DNA of 64,000 nt. Source: Eimeria praecox (Eukaryota). The notes under the pieces were generated by a model that was given only the letters and a program-made list of their open reading frames with translations, was not told where the DNA came from and did not search any database. A program made the position numbers and the translations under genes. Shown here piece after piece: positions 27,366 to 39,370 of the stretch (its first letter is position 1; each line of letters opens with the position of its first letter). The DNA lies in the NCBI GenBank assembly GCA_963920595.1, contig OY986950.1:4650001-4714000 (forward strand), read 5' to 3'.

Positions 27366-30061
27366 ATGGCAGAAAGCCACGTGCAGCCCGCCGACTGGAG
27401 GCGGCCTCTATGGGGCTGTTTGCAACTGACGGTTATGGCTTTGGGTTTTGCGTCGGTTCTTTTGAACGCCGTGCTGCTGACTCGATATATGTTGCCGGGT
27501 TTGCAGCTTACAAGCGAAGGCGAATCGTTGACGGAGTTCGCTAGCGCTGTGCAGCACAAGGGGGTCAATCTCCCTTCAATTCCTGAAGATAAAGGGGATA
27601 GCAAAAGCATTGACCCTCAACGAATGCATGGCCCCCTTGGCCTAAACCCAGATGGAACGCCTGCGCACGTGCCAGCCCCACCTCCCCCTCCCGTAAGCTT
27701 TGCATACAGAACAGCTGTATAGCTACAAACTTGAATAGTCAAATACTAAATAGTGAGAGGTTTAGTTGTCAAGTTTACTTTGCTTTTAAGCTCATAGGGC
27801 GGCGGTGCAGACACTACACTACACATCTAAGGGCGGTTTGTCGTTTTGTAGCTTCCATTCAGGAAAGCACATTAGATATGACGTGAATGACGTTTGTGAT
27901 GCTGCTGATGGTTGCATTTGGGCTGTACGTACAGGATATATACATGCCAATGGAACTGGCTCGAGGAGGCGGCTTCAATTTACAGTTGAGCGACCATCTG
28001 CCTCTGGATCGTGAAGCGCCGGACTCTCGACATGCTGCATGCAAGGCATTGGAGTACAACCTGCAGGATCTTCCTGCAGCTTCTGTACTGATGGTGTTTT
28101 ATAATGAGCCATTTTCAACTCTGATGCGGTCTGTGCACAGTGTCTTAAACAAAACGCCTCCTGCTCTGCTGCATGAAGTGGTGCTATTAGACGATGGCAG
28201 CGATCACGTAGATGTGGCGGCTTCAGGGAACGGAAAGCTGCAGCGTTATGTGGATCTTCTGCCTAAAGTGCGGTTGCTTCGAAGTCCTCGACGAGAAGGT
28301 ATTGTAGGGGCTCGGTTGCGTGCTATTCGTGCAGCAGAAGCGCCGATCTTCGTGGTGTTGGACAGCCACATTGAGGTACAAGACCAGTGGTTAGAACCAC
28401 TGGTTTCCCGCATCCAACAGGACCCCCGGCGCATTGTAATGCCTCAGGTTGATGGCATCGATGCAGAAACATTTGAACATATTGCAGGCGGTATCGGCTG
28501 CAAGCTGGGCTTCCTCTGGCAGCTGATGGAGCACTCATACGAGCCACACCAGATGCAGCGGCTGCCACGGGAACAGCAGCGTCATTCACCTACAGATTTT
28601 CAGACGTCTCCTGCTATGGCTGGGGGTTTATTTGCAGCCAATAAAGACTTTTTCTTCTCTATTGGTGCCTACGATGAGGGTTTCAAATACTGGGGAACCG
28701 AAAACCTGGAATTCAGTTTCCGCCTCTGGCAATGTGGCGGCATTCTTGAATGTGCGCCCTGTAGCCGCGTCTACCACATCTTTAGAAAGGGAGGGGCAGG
28801 CTACAGCTTTCCATCTAGAGCTTTGACTGTTAACAAGATGAGGACTCTTCTATGGATGGATGAGTATGCTGATCTCGCTTGGCGAGTCCTAGGGAGGCCC
28901 AACGTTGACTACGGTGCAGAATCTCTCAAAAAAAGACAAGAATGGAGAAGAGAACATAATTGCAAAAGCTTCAAATGGTATATGGAAAATGTCTTCCCAG
29001 AGGCAGATGTCGTCCACCTATCTGATGTTCCCTTCTTAGGTCAGCCAGCAAACCCTAAACCCTTAACCCTCCCATACTTAGCAATAACACCATAAATAAT
29101 GGCTACCCTGCGGACTCCAGCCTGGCTTAACCAGATGTAGCAGCAGTTGTAGTTGAAACCCTTAATCAGCACATGCATGCACCGACAACACAACATTCAG
29201 TAGCAGCGCGGATCTAGGGCTCCTTGCTTCTCCGGCAATAATGATAGGGTTTAGAGGTTAGGGTTTAGGGTTGGTTATCTCTGCCTTCGCAGGCCAACTC
29301 GAGAACAAAGCATCGGGTTTGTGTATGGACTCCGCTGGCCGTGCCTCTCCAGGGGGTCATCCGGTGCTGGCGCAGTGCGCCGAAGGGCATGCGACTCAGG
29401 AGTTTATGTATTTCAGGTATAAGAGAAGTTTGCATGTTTAGTTTGAAGAAAGAATTTGTAGATATACGGATCAGATGCATATGCTCTGTAGAGGGAGGGT
29501 GCTTCTGTACTTACTTGTTCGCCAGAAAATGAGAGACGAACGAACCGTATCACCATCGCTGTGTGCTTTACTTTACGAATATGCAGTAGGAGAGGCCCAA
29601 AATGGGGGCAAATACAGCAGCGGAAGCGGTTGTTGAGCTCTATTTGCATGCATGCATGTCCTCTCATGGCCTCCTGGGGCCAGCTGCTGCAGCAATAGCA
29701 GCCGCTGTTGTATCCGAAGTAGCTGCTGCTACATTAGAAGCAGTTGTTGATATGTATTTGCATGCATGTACATTTCATTGGCTCCGTATGCGGCCAATTG
29801 CTGCACCAGAAGAAGCTACTACTGCAGCAGAAGCTTCTGTTGAATTGTATTTGAATGCCTGCAGGAAAATAGGCCACGTAATGCCCGTACACAACGATGA
29901 AGCTTGTCTTACTCCCCGAGGGGACTGGGATTGGTGTAGAGCGACAGATGCCATGTGGTAACTCGCAAACAAAACTAATAAAATAGAACAAGCTAATTCA
30001 AAATGCAAATATATATATCTATATATCTATATCTATCTCTGCATCTACATCTGTATATCTG

Positions 30062-30158
<97 letters not shown>

Positions 30159-31236
30159 CATCTCACCAACACAAAGTCTCCACTCCAGCAGGAACGACAG
30201 TAGCAGCAGCAGTTGCAGCAGGAGCAACAGCAGCAACAGCAGCAGCTGCTTCGTGACTGCGTAATTTTCTGATGAGTCATTCCAACGTTGTGCTGCTACA
30301 GGAGACAGCTTAATTGCCCCTAGTGTTTTGCCGTTCTTGCTTTGTGTCTGTGTCTCTACCGCTTGTGGCTCAGCCTTCTTTATATTTTGTTGTTCTGTCT
30401 TTTGGTTTCTGCTGCTATGCTTGCTGTGCCTCTTCGTCTAAATCATCTTCGTGCTGCGTTGTATTTGGTTGTTGCTGTGTTTATTAGCGAGGGCTGTGGC
30501 GTGAAAACGCCAGGAATTAGATCCTTCAACTGCGTTTTCTAGTTTATTTGTTTATTATTAATTATTTTGCTTATTTATTGTTTTCTTCCGTCTCTTTAGG
30601 TGGGATTACGAAGACGGGATGCTAAGAAACAGGTTTATGAAGGAATGCCTGTCGGTGAAGGGCGGCCAATTGGCGATGGCGAGCTGCGACCCCGATGATG
30701 CTTTTCAGGTGTGTTCGCTTAATTGTTTTTGCTTTTATTTGCTCTGTAATGCTACATTTGCGTATTGTCTTGGGTTTTGCTTGTTTATTTGTTGTTTCCT
30801 TGCTCCTCGCCCTCCATATTTTGTTTCTCGCATAGCCTACTTATGGTCTGCTTATAGTAATTTGCTTAACTGCATCAGCTGAAGCGGCAGAAAGAAGTGC
30901 ATAGACTCTAAGATCCATTATCCTCCTTGGGCGGGTGTGTTGGGAGTCTTGTGTGCTACTTGCTTGTCTGTATGCTGTCTGTTTCTTCAACTATTTATTT
31001 GTTCGTTTGCTGTGTCTACAGCATTTACCCCTTACTTACTTACTTGCTTATCTCTTTGGGTTTATTTTATGCTTGCTTTCTCCTGCACTAGCGGCATTTC
31101 TTATGTTTTGTAGTTGGCTCCTTCATACAGAAACGTGTGTGTTTTATTTGTTTGGGACGTGCAGAAATGGACTTGGCAGGAATATCATCCCCCAGATTCC
31201 TTCACATTCCCCACCCCAGCTAGCACGGAGAACTAG
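27366..31236 (+). CDS. Polypeptide N-acetylgalactosaminyltransferase (GT27) with ricin-B lectin domain, 6 exons
   Basis: Exons 27366-27692, 27935-29039, 29293-29416, 29865-29957, 30600-30708 and 31165-31236. N-terminal TM segment; FYNE, LRSPRREGIVGAR, DSH (DxH), SPAMAGGLFA, WGTENLEFSFRLWQCGG, CSRVYHIFR; ricin CMD/CL..QxW motifs. Confidence 0.95.
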
Positions 31237-32902
31237 GTGTACGTATAGCTAAGAAGGAGATACGGGCTTGCATGTGCAAACATTTCCATGAAAATGGAAA
31301 CATGATCCTTTCTCTTCTTGACATGCATGTACAGCTCAGAGTCAAGAAATATATAAGAGAAAGTCTTCATGCGCCTATTGATACAATGGTGCTGATAGGC
31401 TCCTCCTTCGAAACACTCCTAGCGTCAAACCCTAAAGCTTAGCCCTCGGACAGCCCCTGCTGCAGGGCTACGTAGACGTATGACGCGTCTGCGAACCCTA
31501 ACCGTTAGTTTAAAAACACCTGCCAGTTGTGCAGGAGACGCTAGCTGACAAGCTCAAGGGTTTGTGCTTTAGGGTTTTCAGTTATGTGTTAATGAGGATG
31601 CTCCCCCCAGCACCGGCATTGAATTAACAAGCACCAAACAGAGACAGAGGCTAAGGGTTTGCAGCAAGGTAGCAAGAATAGTCTGTAGCGATGCTAGACC
31701 CGCATGCCGAAGAACGTGTAGTGTATAGCTACAGTTATATGAGACATCCCAGCTGACAGGCACAATAGCTGTGTAACAGCGGCAGCATCTACATTCCAAG
31801 AGAAGAGAAATCCATATGACTGCTTACAACCATACAGGCGGTTTTCAACAACTATCTTGAGCGTAAAACATAAAGTATAGAGATTCTGCTGGGCTCATCT
31901 GACCCATTGCACTTGGAATCTCAGTCCTTTTGTTACTTTCTCTTCATTTGCTTTTCTGTAAATCGACTTCATCGAGTTTACGTATTCGCGTTCCCATGAA
32001 CGCATTCTCCTTCTGGCCCGGCATCCACTTAGCGGACGGACCATTCCCCCTTTGAGTTGTTGCTTTAACCTTGTTTTGCTTGACGAAATTAACTTCGTAG
32101 GATATACTTTTACGTAATATCCATACAGGCGGAGCTCCTGCTGGCTTCCCCCTTCTTGTAGCGCGGGGCCACCAGTCGCGTTCCGAGGGTTTTTTAAATC
32201 AACCTACTCTTAACTGAGTTTAAAATGTTTCGTCTTAAATAATAAACTAAAAAGTAAGTTGCAAATGCAGCTAATAACGGTGATCTACCCACCCACTCCC
32301 CGCGCATGGTGCATGCAATGCAGGTACCTACAGCTTTGGAATAAATGTCTGTACCATGTCTACATGAACTACTTCGCGGCGTTCGATCATAATGCAAATA
32401 GTGGCAAAATAAACATAATATAATTGACGAAATTCGCGAAATATCCCATAAATATGCGCAGATTATCGCCGCTCGGCGCCCAACAACGGCAGCAGACAAA
32501 CTGAATATGCAGAGATGATCTGGGGGGGCCGTTCAAGCCTTAGGGCAACAGATCTCCCTCCCGTAAGCGAATAAATGGGCAGTCTTGTTAATTTGTCTTC
32601 CTCAACGTGCTCTTCCTTCTTATTTAGTATATCTAAACCCCCGACAAGACAAACATGCGTGCAGCGCACCGCCGAACCCAAACCAGCGAGCCCTGCATAC
32701 AAAGTCGCATGCAGCCCCGCCTGTTGTGCTGTTCGCACCCGTAGACCCCCAATTCACTGAAATTAAACAACAGACGACCTGCTGGAGCACACTTACCAGC
32801 AGCAGCGGCGCCGACACCAGCGGCAGCTGCAGCAGCGGGCAGCGGGACCAGGAAACACAGCAGCGGGAGTAGCGAGAACTGCACACTAAGAGGACATTCA
32901 GT

Positions 32903-35443
32903 ATGAAGGTGGACGCACTCCCTGAGCAGCAGCCAACTGCTGCCAGCAGCAGCATGAGCAGCAGCGGCTACTGCAACAGCAGCAGCAGTAGTAGCATCTG
33001 TCGCTCTGCTGTGCTCCCTTCCGATGCAGCTGTTGGCCTGCCCAGCAGCTGCAGCAGCAAAATGACTATCAGCAGCGAAGCAATTAGCAGCAAAGCCTGC
33101 AGCAGCAGCAGCAGCTGTGAGGGTGCGAGGGCCAAGTGCAGCAAGTCTGCGGAAGACAGCAGCAGCAAATCGTCTGCTTGTTCAGCGTCTTCAACCGAAC
33201 CCACCTCATCCCCGCCAGCTGATGCAGCAACAGCAGACAATACAACCAGCAGCAGCAGCATCAGCAGGGTGCCGCCTTTGAGTACGTACAGCAGTAGCCC
33301 GTTCTCCACTCGCCATTCGTGGTTCCTACGGATTGGCATTGCCTACAAGTTCATCATAGGAGGCTTTTGGGGCTTTCCAGCTACAGCATCAGTGCTGCTG
33401 CTGCCACAGCTGCTGCTGCGGCTGTTCACTTTGGGCGGTTGTGGGCTGCTGGTACTGTACGACACCGTCTGGGGTTTGAGGAGGACATACTCCCGTCTGC
33501 TGGTGCAGCAGCAGCAGGAGTGGGTGCAGCGGATGCTGCTGGTGCTGCAGCGGACAGAGCAACAAGATACACACAAGGTCTTGTTGAGCCAACGGAAACG
33601 CCTGCAGCAGCTCGTTGCTGCTATGCGGCGATGTCTTGCTGCAGCATCTTCTGCTTCCGACGCCCTTGGTCAGGAGACTGCGGCTGCAGGACCGGCAGCA
33701 ACAGCAGAAGCATCTGTTGCAGCAGCAGCAGCAGCAGAGGCCTCTATTCCCCACGAGACGGAAGCTGCAGCCCAGTTGGCTGTGGCTGGAGATATGCAGC
33801 TGGCTGCTGTTGTCTTTGGGGGCCCTCGAGAAGCCATTGCTGCTGCATACGATGCAGCACAGTTGCTGCAGGCTGAAAGGACGCGGCAGTGCAAGCTGCA
33901 GCAGCAGCAGCAGCAGACTAGGACACTAGTGGCAGCAGCTTCTGCTGCATTTGCTGCTGCTGGGGGCTTCATATGGGGGACTATGAAACGCGCCGTTGTC
34001 TTCGTTGGCTGCGTGCTGCTGATGCATCTATTCATAGACATTCCTGCAGCTGCTTCTGCTTCTGCTGCAGCGGCATCAAATATTCGTTTCTCTCCATGGT
34101 GGCTGCTGCTGCTGCATGCAGCTGCAAGGGGATGTTTTGCTGCTGCCCTGATGAACCAGCACGCCAGCAACTACATGGGATTGTCTCTATGCCGCTCTCT
34201 CGTTCGCAGCAGCAAGCGCAGCAGCAGCAAAAACAGCAGCAGCAACAGCAGCGGTATTGATTTTGTTCCGAAGCCTTCGAATATTCATCTTCGCCTTTTT
34301 TTCGCCTTCTGTATTCCTATCGTTTGCTCGGTTGCAGCTAACGCTGCTGCTGCTGCTATTGTTGTAGACTCAGCAGCAGTCACAGAGATGCAGTGGGGCT
34401 GGAGAGGCGTGCTGCTGTTTCCCCTAGCTCTGATGCAGACTGCGCTGCAGCAGGTGCTTCCTTTCGATGTTTTGATGTTGTTGCCACTGAAGCGGCAGCG
34501 ATCCGAAGCTGCAGAGTTATTGATGTTGCTGAAGGAGCAGCTCAGCTGGTCCGTGCTGCCTGAGGCGGAGGTGTTGCAGGAGTATTTTGCGGCAGGCACC
34601 TTGCTAACAGCAGCAGCAGCAGCAGCAGTTTGCTGCAGCAAGCCTTCAGCTCTGTGGGTTGCGCGCATGCGTCTGGAAAGTGCAGCAGCAGCATCTACTG
34701 CTGCGCAGCTTCTGGGGCTAAGGGCTGATCGGCTGCGGCAGCAGCGCTTCAGTGAGCGGTTCTGCAGCAAATGCCGATGGGCCAGATCATCTGTGCTATT
34801 ATCTTTTTATCGCCTTCCTTGGGGGTTGGTTGGCTGTTTGCGTCGGGTGTTTGTGCTCTTTTTGGGGCTGTCCTGGCTGGTGCTGTTGCTGCATGCATTC
34901 CTGAACACACCACTTTTGCCGCAAAGCGGCGAGATAGAGCGGCAGACTCCGTTGCAGTTGCTGCAGCAGCACCTGCAGCAGCAAGAGGCTTGGGAAGGGC
35001 TACAGCAGACGTGGCAAGAGGTGCTGCAGCTGCAGCGAGAGGTGGGAGCGCATCTGGAAGCCAAAACCTACTCAGAAAGTCTAGAGTGGCTCCTGCTGCA
35101 GCTGCAGGTGACCTGGGAAGAGTACCTGCGAACCAGCAGCAAGCAAGCAGACGATTTGCAGCGAGCTCGCGAGCTATTCGGTCTCTCTGAGGACGCTTCA
35201 GCAGCATCCATAAAACAGCGCTACCGGCAGTTAGCCAAACTGCATCATCCCGATCGTGCAACACTTAATTCGTGCATCAACAGCAGTAACAGCAGCAGCA
35301 ACAACGGAGGTCATGCGACAAGCTGTGAATGCGGGAAGAGTGCAGCAGATGGGCATCAGTCGCAATGCACTTCTCGTCAGGAAACGATGCAGCAGATTAA
35401 TTTGGCGTACGAGTTGCTGCTGCAGCAGGCACCTGATAGGTGA
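32903..35443 (+). CDS. Intronless multi-pass membrane protein with a C-terminal DnaJ domain
   Basis: 846-aa ORF with several hydrophobic segments; ARELFGLSEDASAASIKQRYRQLAKLHHPDR...MQQINLAYELL. Confidence 0.85.
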   Translation: MKVDALPEQQPTAASSSMSSSGYCNSSSSSSICRSAVLPSDAAVGLPSSCSSKMTISSEAISSKACSSSSSCEGARAKCSKSAEDSSSKSSACSASSTEPTSSPPADAATADNTTSSSSISRVPPLSTYSSSPFSTRHSWFLRIGIAYKFIIGGFWGFPATASVLLLPQLLLRLFTLGGCGLLVLYDTVWGLRRTYSRLLVQQQQEWVQRMLLVLQRTEQQDTHKVLLSQRKRLQQLVAAMRRCLAAASSASDALGQETAAAGPAATAEASVAAAAAAEASIPHETEAAAQLAVAGDMQLAAVVFGGPREAIAAAYDAAQLLQAERTRQCKLQQQQQQTRTLVAAASAAFAAAGGFIWGTMKRAVVFVGCVLLMHLFIDIPAAASASAAAASNIRFSPWWLLLLHAAARGCFAAALMNQHASNYMGLSLCRSLVRSSKRSSSKNSSSNSSGIDFVPKPSNIHLRLFFAFCIPIVCSVAANAAAAAIVVDSAAVTEMQWGWRGVLLFPLALMQTALQQVLPFDVLMLLPLKRQRSEAAELLMLLKEQLSWSVLPEAEVLQEYFAAGTLLTAAAAAAVCCSKPSALWVARMRLESAAAASTAAQLLGLRADRLRQQRFSERFCSKCRWARSSVLLSFYRLPWGLVGCLRRVFVLFLGLSWLVLLLHAFLNTPLLPQSGEIERQTPLQLLQQHLQQQEAWEGLQQTWQEVLQLQREVGAHLEAKTYSESLEWLLLQLQVTWEEYLRTSSKQADDLQRARELFGLSEDASAASIKQRYRQLAKLHHPDRATLNSCINSSNSSSNNGGHATSCECGKSAADGHQSQCTSRQETMQQINLAYELLLQQAPDR

Positions 35444-38400
35444 AAGGCGCTGTGCAGCCTTCCGCTGTCTGTGCGATGCGCCTTCGAGTTCACGTCCCCT
35501 CTGTATTCATACAGCGCACGTATCCGAAAGATACTTTCATTCAAAATATACATTTGCTAGCCAGTGAACGCCTGCTAGCTTTGCCGGCTGCGGGGGCTGG
35601 AAGCTGCACAGCCCTGCAGCGTACGTACACGAGAGCTTTAAAGTCTGGGGAAGCCAAAACCAGCTGAAGATGCACTAAGATTTTTTTTAGACCATTGAAC
35701 TCGCTGAGCTTGCTCTTTGGGCAAAGTTGAGCATTTCCAATACTTCCTCTCACTGTCTCTGGAAAGCAGAACGAAACACAACTGGGGGGAGGGGACGATG
35801 ACGTATTGCATAGGGGGGTTGTCTTTACACGCGGTTTTACTTGCATGCAGGCTGGCTGCTGAGGGCCAAGCAGGTGTAGAGCAATTGCTTGCAGTGTTAG
35901 CTCATGCATCTGGATGGGAATTGGGTATGTTTGGATCTGGTATTGCCTTGGAGTAGCAGTGAAAGCGAGGAGTGCTGGAACTTATGAGATCGCACCTCCT
36001 CGTCTCACGAGACCCATTCCTTTGTGGCGCTGTGCCCACGATACGCGGGGATTGAAGGGAGGCCAGTTGCTGTTTTTGAACTGTTATCTCATGTCCTTTG
36101 AATACTGCAACTCTCGAGGGTCGTCGGTTAGGATCGAGGAGTCTCGCTATACTTTGTGTCATTGCATGATTAAGGGGGGCACGCGCAAGCGTAAGGCCAA
36201 TCCCCACATCTGTGCAACCAGGTGTAGAGCACTGAGTACTGATGAAGGAACTGCGGGTACGCTTAAGATTTGCTCCCCACACACTTTGTCAAATATTCAG
36301 TCTTTCCTCCTTGGGGACAGACTAAGATGCCCTCCTGTAAGGATGCAGCCAACGTTTGTGCGTCTCGTAGCATTCACCCGAATGCAATATCTGCAGCCCA
36401 TCCATCCGAAAATATTCTTAATGAGAAATCAACTGAAGAAGGTACTTCCGCGTCTCCAATATGCGAAAAGTAACTGAGCCCGCACTTTAGTGGAATTGGA
36501 AAAGCTCCTTGTTTCGCTGGAGGCGTGCTTTCGTCTTCAGTGTGTATCTGAAGAACTACAGCTGTTGCCTTCACACGAGAAAGAGCAGAAGTAGACACAA
36601 CTGATCGGAGTGCCTTTGAATGTAATCAAGAATAAGGGGCTTCCAGCGGATCAACCACCCGCTAGACGCCCAATGGCACCGGACCAAACTAGTGAGCTTG
36701 CTCGCCGCCCGAAGTTTCGTTTCCTGATGAGGATAGCTTCCTCATCTGAGTTCATTTGCATCGCCGCCCTTCCAAAAGATCTACTTGAAAGACAAACAAT
36801 TTGTGTTTTTGCGTAGAAGCTGTTGGACGCCCCCGTTAGCATATGGCACTGTATCCAGCTCTCCTGCTCCCGAATTTTAACAAGCCTTTTTTGCTAATGC
36901 CCCAAGGCAATAACGGAGCGTTTGGCACGATGTTCCCTCGGCATGCTGATGGCTCGAAGAAGTGCCAAACTATTGCTTGCAGTTCACACTGTTTCAGGAA
37001 AAGGCATCAAAAACATGAGGGGATGCAATGACTCTTCCTTCCATACTCCAGACTTCCTGGGCACAGCGGACAAAGAGCTCAAGTAAGTACACAGGGGAAG
37101 GGCTGTCAAGGGCTGCAACGCACGTTGCTACAATTAGGGTTCCCAAGCAGTCCACATGCCCGCACAATCTATCCTTTTGCTGCGTGTGCAAGCATTGCAG
37201 GCCGTAGTTTAGATAGTTGTTAAGCACTTACTTGGCCCTCCACAGTCCACCTGCAGCTAAGTAGGGACACGCCTGCTAGCATGACGCAGGCCAAGGTGCA
37301 AAAGAAAAGTTATTATCGCTTATATGAGAGATATTTCGCTGGCCAAACTAATCATAAATCCCTGACGCGCGTAATGAAGAATTTTTAAGAATATCATGAT
37401 GCAGGATTTGTTAGCTCCTTTTTACAGTTTTAGCAAAACACCGAACGGGGCACGAGGGATTAAGGCTTACGGCATTGAAGGCTACGTCCCATAGTACCCG
37501 ACGAATTCTGGGCAGTACGTACCATACCTCCCAGCTTTTTTCTCGTGAAGATGTTTTGCGCAAAATACGCGATCGCGCTTTGTCAGCTCATGATGGGATC
37601 AACATAACAGCGGAGCGACTGGTCAAGTCTTTTCGGCCACATCATGCCCTTCTCCATTCAGCGGCGGCAACTACAGGAAAGGATTTGAACACCTCCGCTT
37701 CAGTGTGGGCGTCGCATAAGCTTTTGTTGACAATTCTTCTGTCGCGCGTATGAAGAGACGTATGCATAACCCTGTAAGCAGCCACTGACTCTAATGCTTT
37801 CCCCATTATGATCCCCGTCCCCTTCTCTATCTATGTTTGGCTTGATAGTGCCTCAGAAAATGTTCGCGCTTTTTTATATTTTTGGGTTGACTAGAGGACT
37901 TCGTCAGAGATTATGAAGAGCTACAGACAAGGGAAGCAGGGTCAGGCCACCCCAAAATGCTTGGCGTTGCAAGCATTTTTTGCTGGCCTGACCCTGCTTC
38001 AAGCTCGGATTGATGTTCATCCCTGGTGGAGGTTCACTGCATATTTTTGTTCCTGAATGGGATACCTGCACTCAAAAGAGGCTCCCAACCCAAGCGCAAC
38101 GTAAAGGGCTCCATGGTAGCCTGTGGCAGATCCTAGCTACCACAGCGGCATGCGGCTGGCAGAAACGGCAGAGCGAAGCGCTATTGAGAGGTGCCACTCG
38201 CTGTTCCCCTCGTGATATTTTACCTTTCTATTTCTGCGCTGAGTTTGCTGGCGCATACCGAACCTTTCCGGCCTCGCCTCGATCAGCTCGTCCTTTGCTT
38301 AGAGACCCGCCACACATGTATACATATTGCTTCCGGCAGGCAGGAAGCAAACGTGCCATGGCTTGTGATTGCATTTGTGTATGGAGTTGTTGCATGCGCT

Positions 38401-39298
38401 TGTACTTGCACACAGGCGGGATACTCGGGGCGATCCATATGCTTATAAACTGCCTATGGAGCTAATGCATGCACCAAGAGGAAACGTTGGTGTGAAAGCA
38501 TGTGGGGCTGCTTTGCAGCAGCGGGTACAGCAAGGAGTGCTGAAACTCATACAAGGCCGTCTCTATTCAACTTGAGCCACAAGCGTTTGTGCACCACTGC
38601 CTGAGAGGCTCGGACACTAGGAAGAAGTACACTGCTTTTTGGAATTTTTCTCTTGAGTATTGTAAGCCTACTTCAGCTGTCGACGATTGCTGCCAAGGCC
38701 GACGATTTGCTGCCATGTTCGAGTACTCTTGTTAGAAGTATGGCTTGGACCTTTAATTTGATAGCGCCTGCTCTTTTAAATTTAACAGCGCGTGAAAGGG
38801 AAGAGAAGCGCGGCTAGAAGGAACTCGTGAGCTCATAGCAGACGACGCCGCTGAGCTGCTTCGGCGGGTCTGATCCCATCTTCAACAATCCTTACCGAAA
38901 CATGGCATTGCCTGCCACAGTTTCTCTGCCCCGCCAGGAGCGTTCCGGTCGTAAAAGGGCGTGTAAAAGCCTAGCCTCAAGACTATACGACTTGCTTGAA
39001 TGTAAGTCGCCTGCCACTGACGCTATCTTCGGGCATGGTGATTAGTGAACGACAGGATGTCCTGACGCCTAGGGACTGTAAATTTTGCGAGGATCACAAG
39101 CGCATCTGGAGTAATTGGGAGCCCATTTTAGATGGCGAATCTGGGTTCAATATATCCACTTTTCTTGAGAGCCCTTGGGGTGATGCATGATGTTTTCCAC
39201 CTTGTCTATTAGGTAGGGGCTCAACGCACTAAATGCGTGTCTAAAAGTGCGAAATTCTGTAGTTGAGCAGTACTTGCAGGGCAAGAAGCATGCAACAA

Positions 39299-39370
39299 TG
39301 CGTCAGCCGGGAGTCGAACCCGGGTCGCCTGCTTGGAAGGCAGGTATCCTAACCGTTGGACTACTAACGC
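39299..39370 (-). tRNA. tRNA-Gly(UCC) copy 1
   Basis: 72-nt cloverleaf GCGTTAG-TA-GTCC-AACGGTTA-GGAT-A-CCTGC-CTTCCAA-GCAGG-CGAC-CCGGG-TTCGACT-CCCGG-CTGACGC-A. Confidence 0.96.

Noticed and set aside
35450..38350. ORFs of up to 187 aa left of the array as transposon or retroelement remnants
   Set aside because: No RT, integrase or transposase motifs and no terminal repeats seen.
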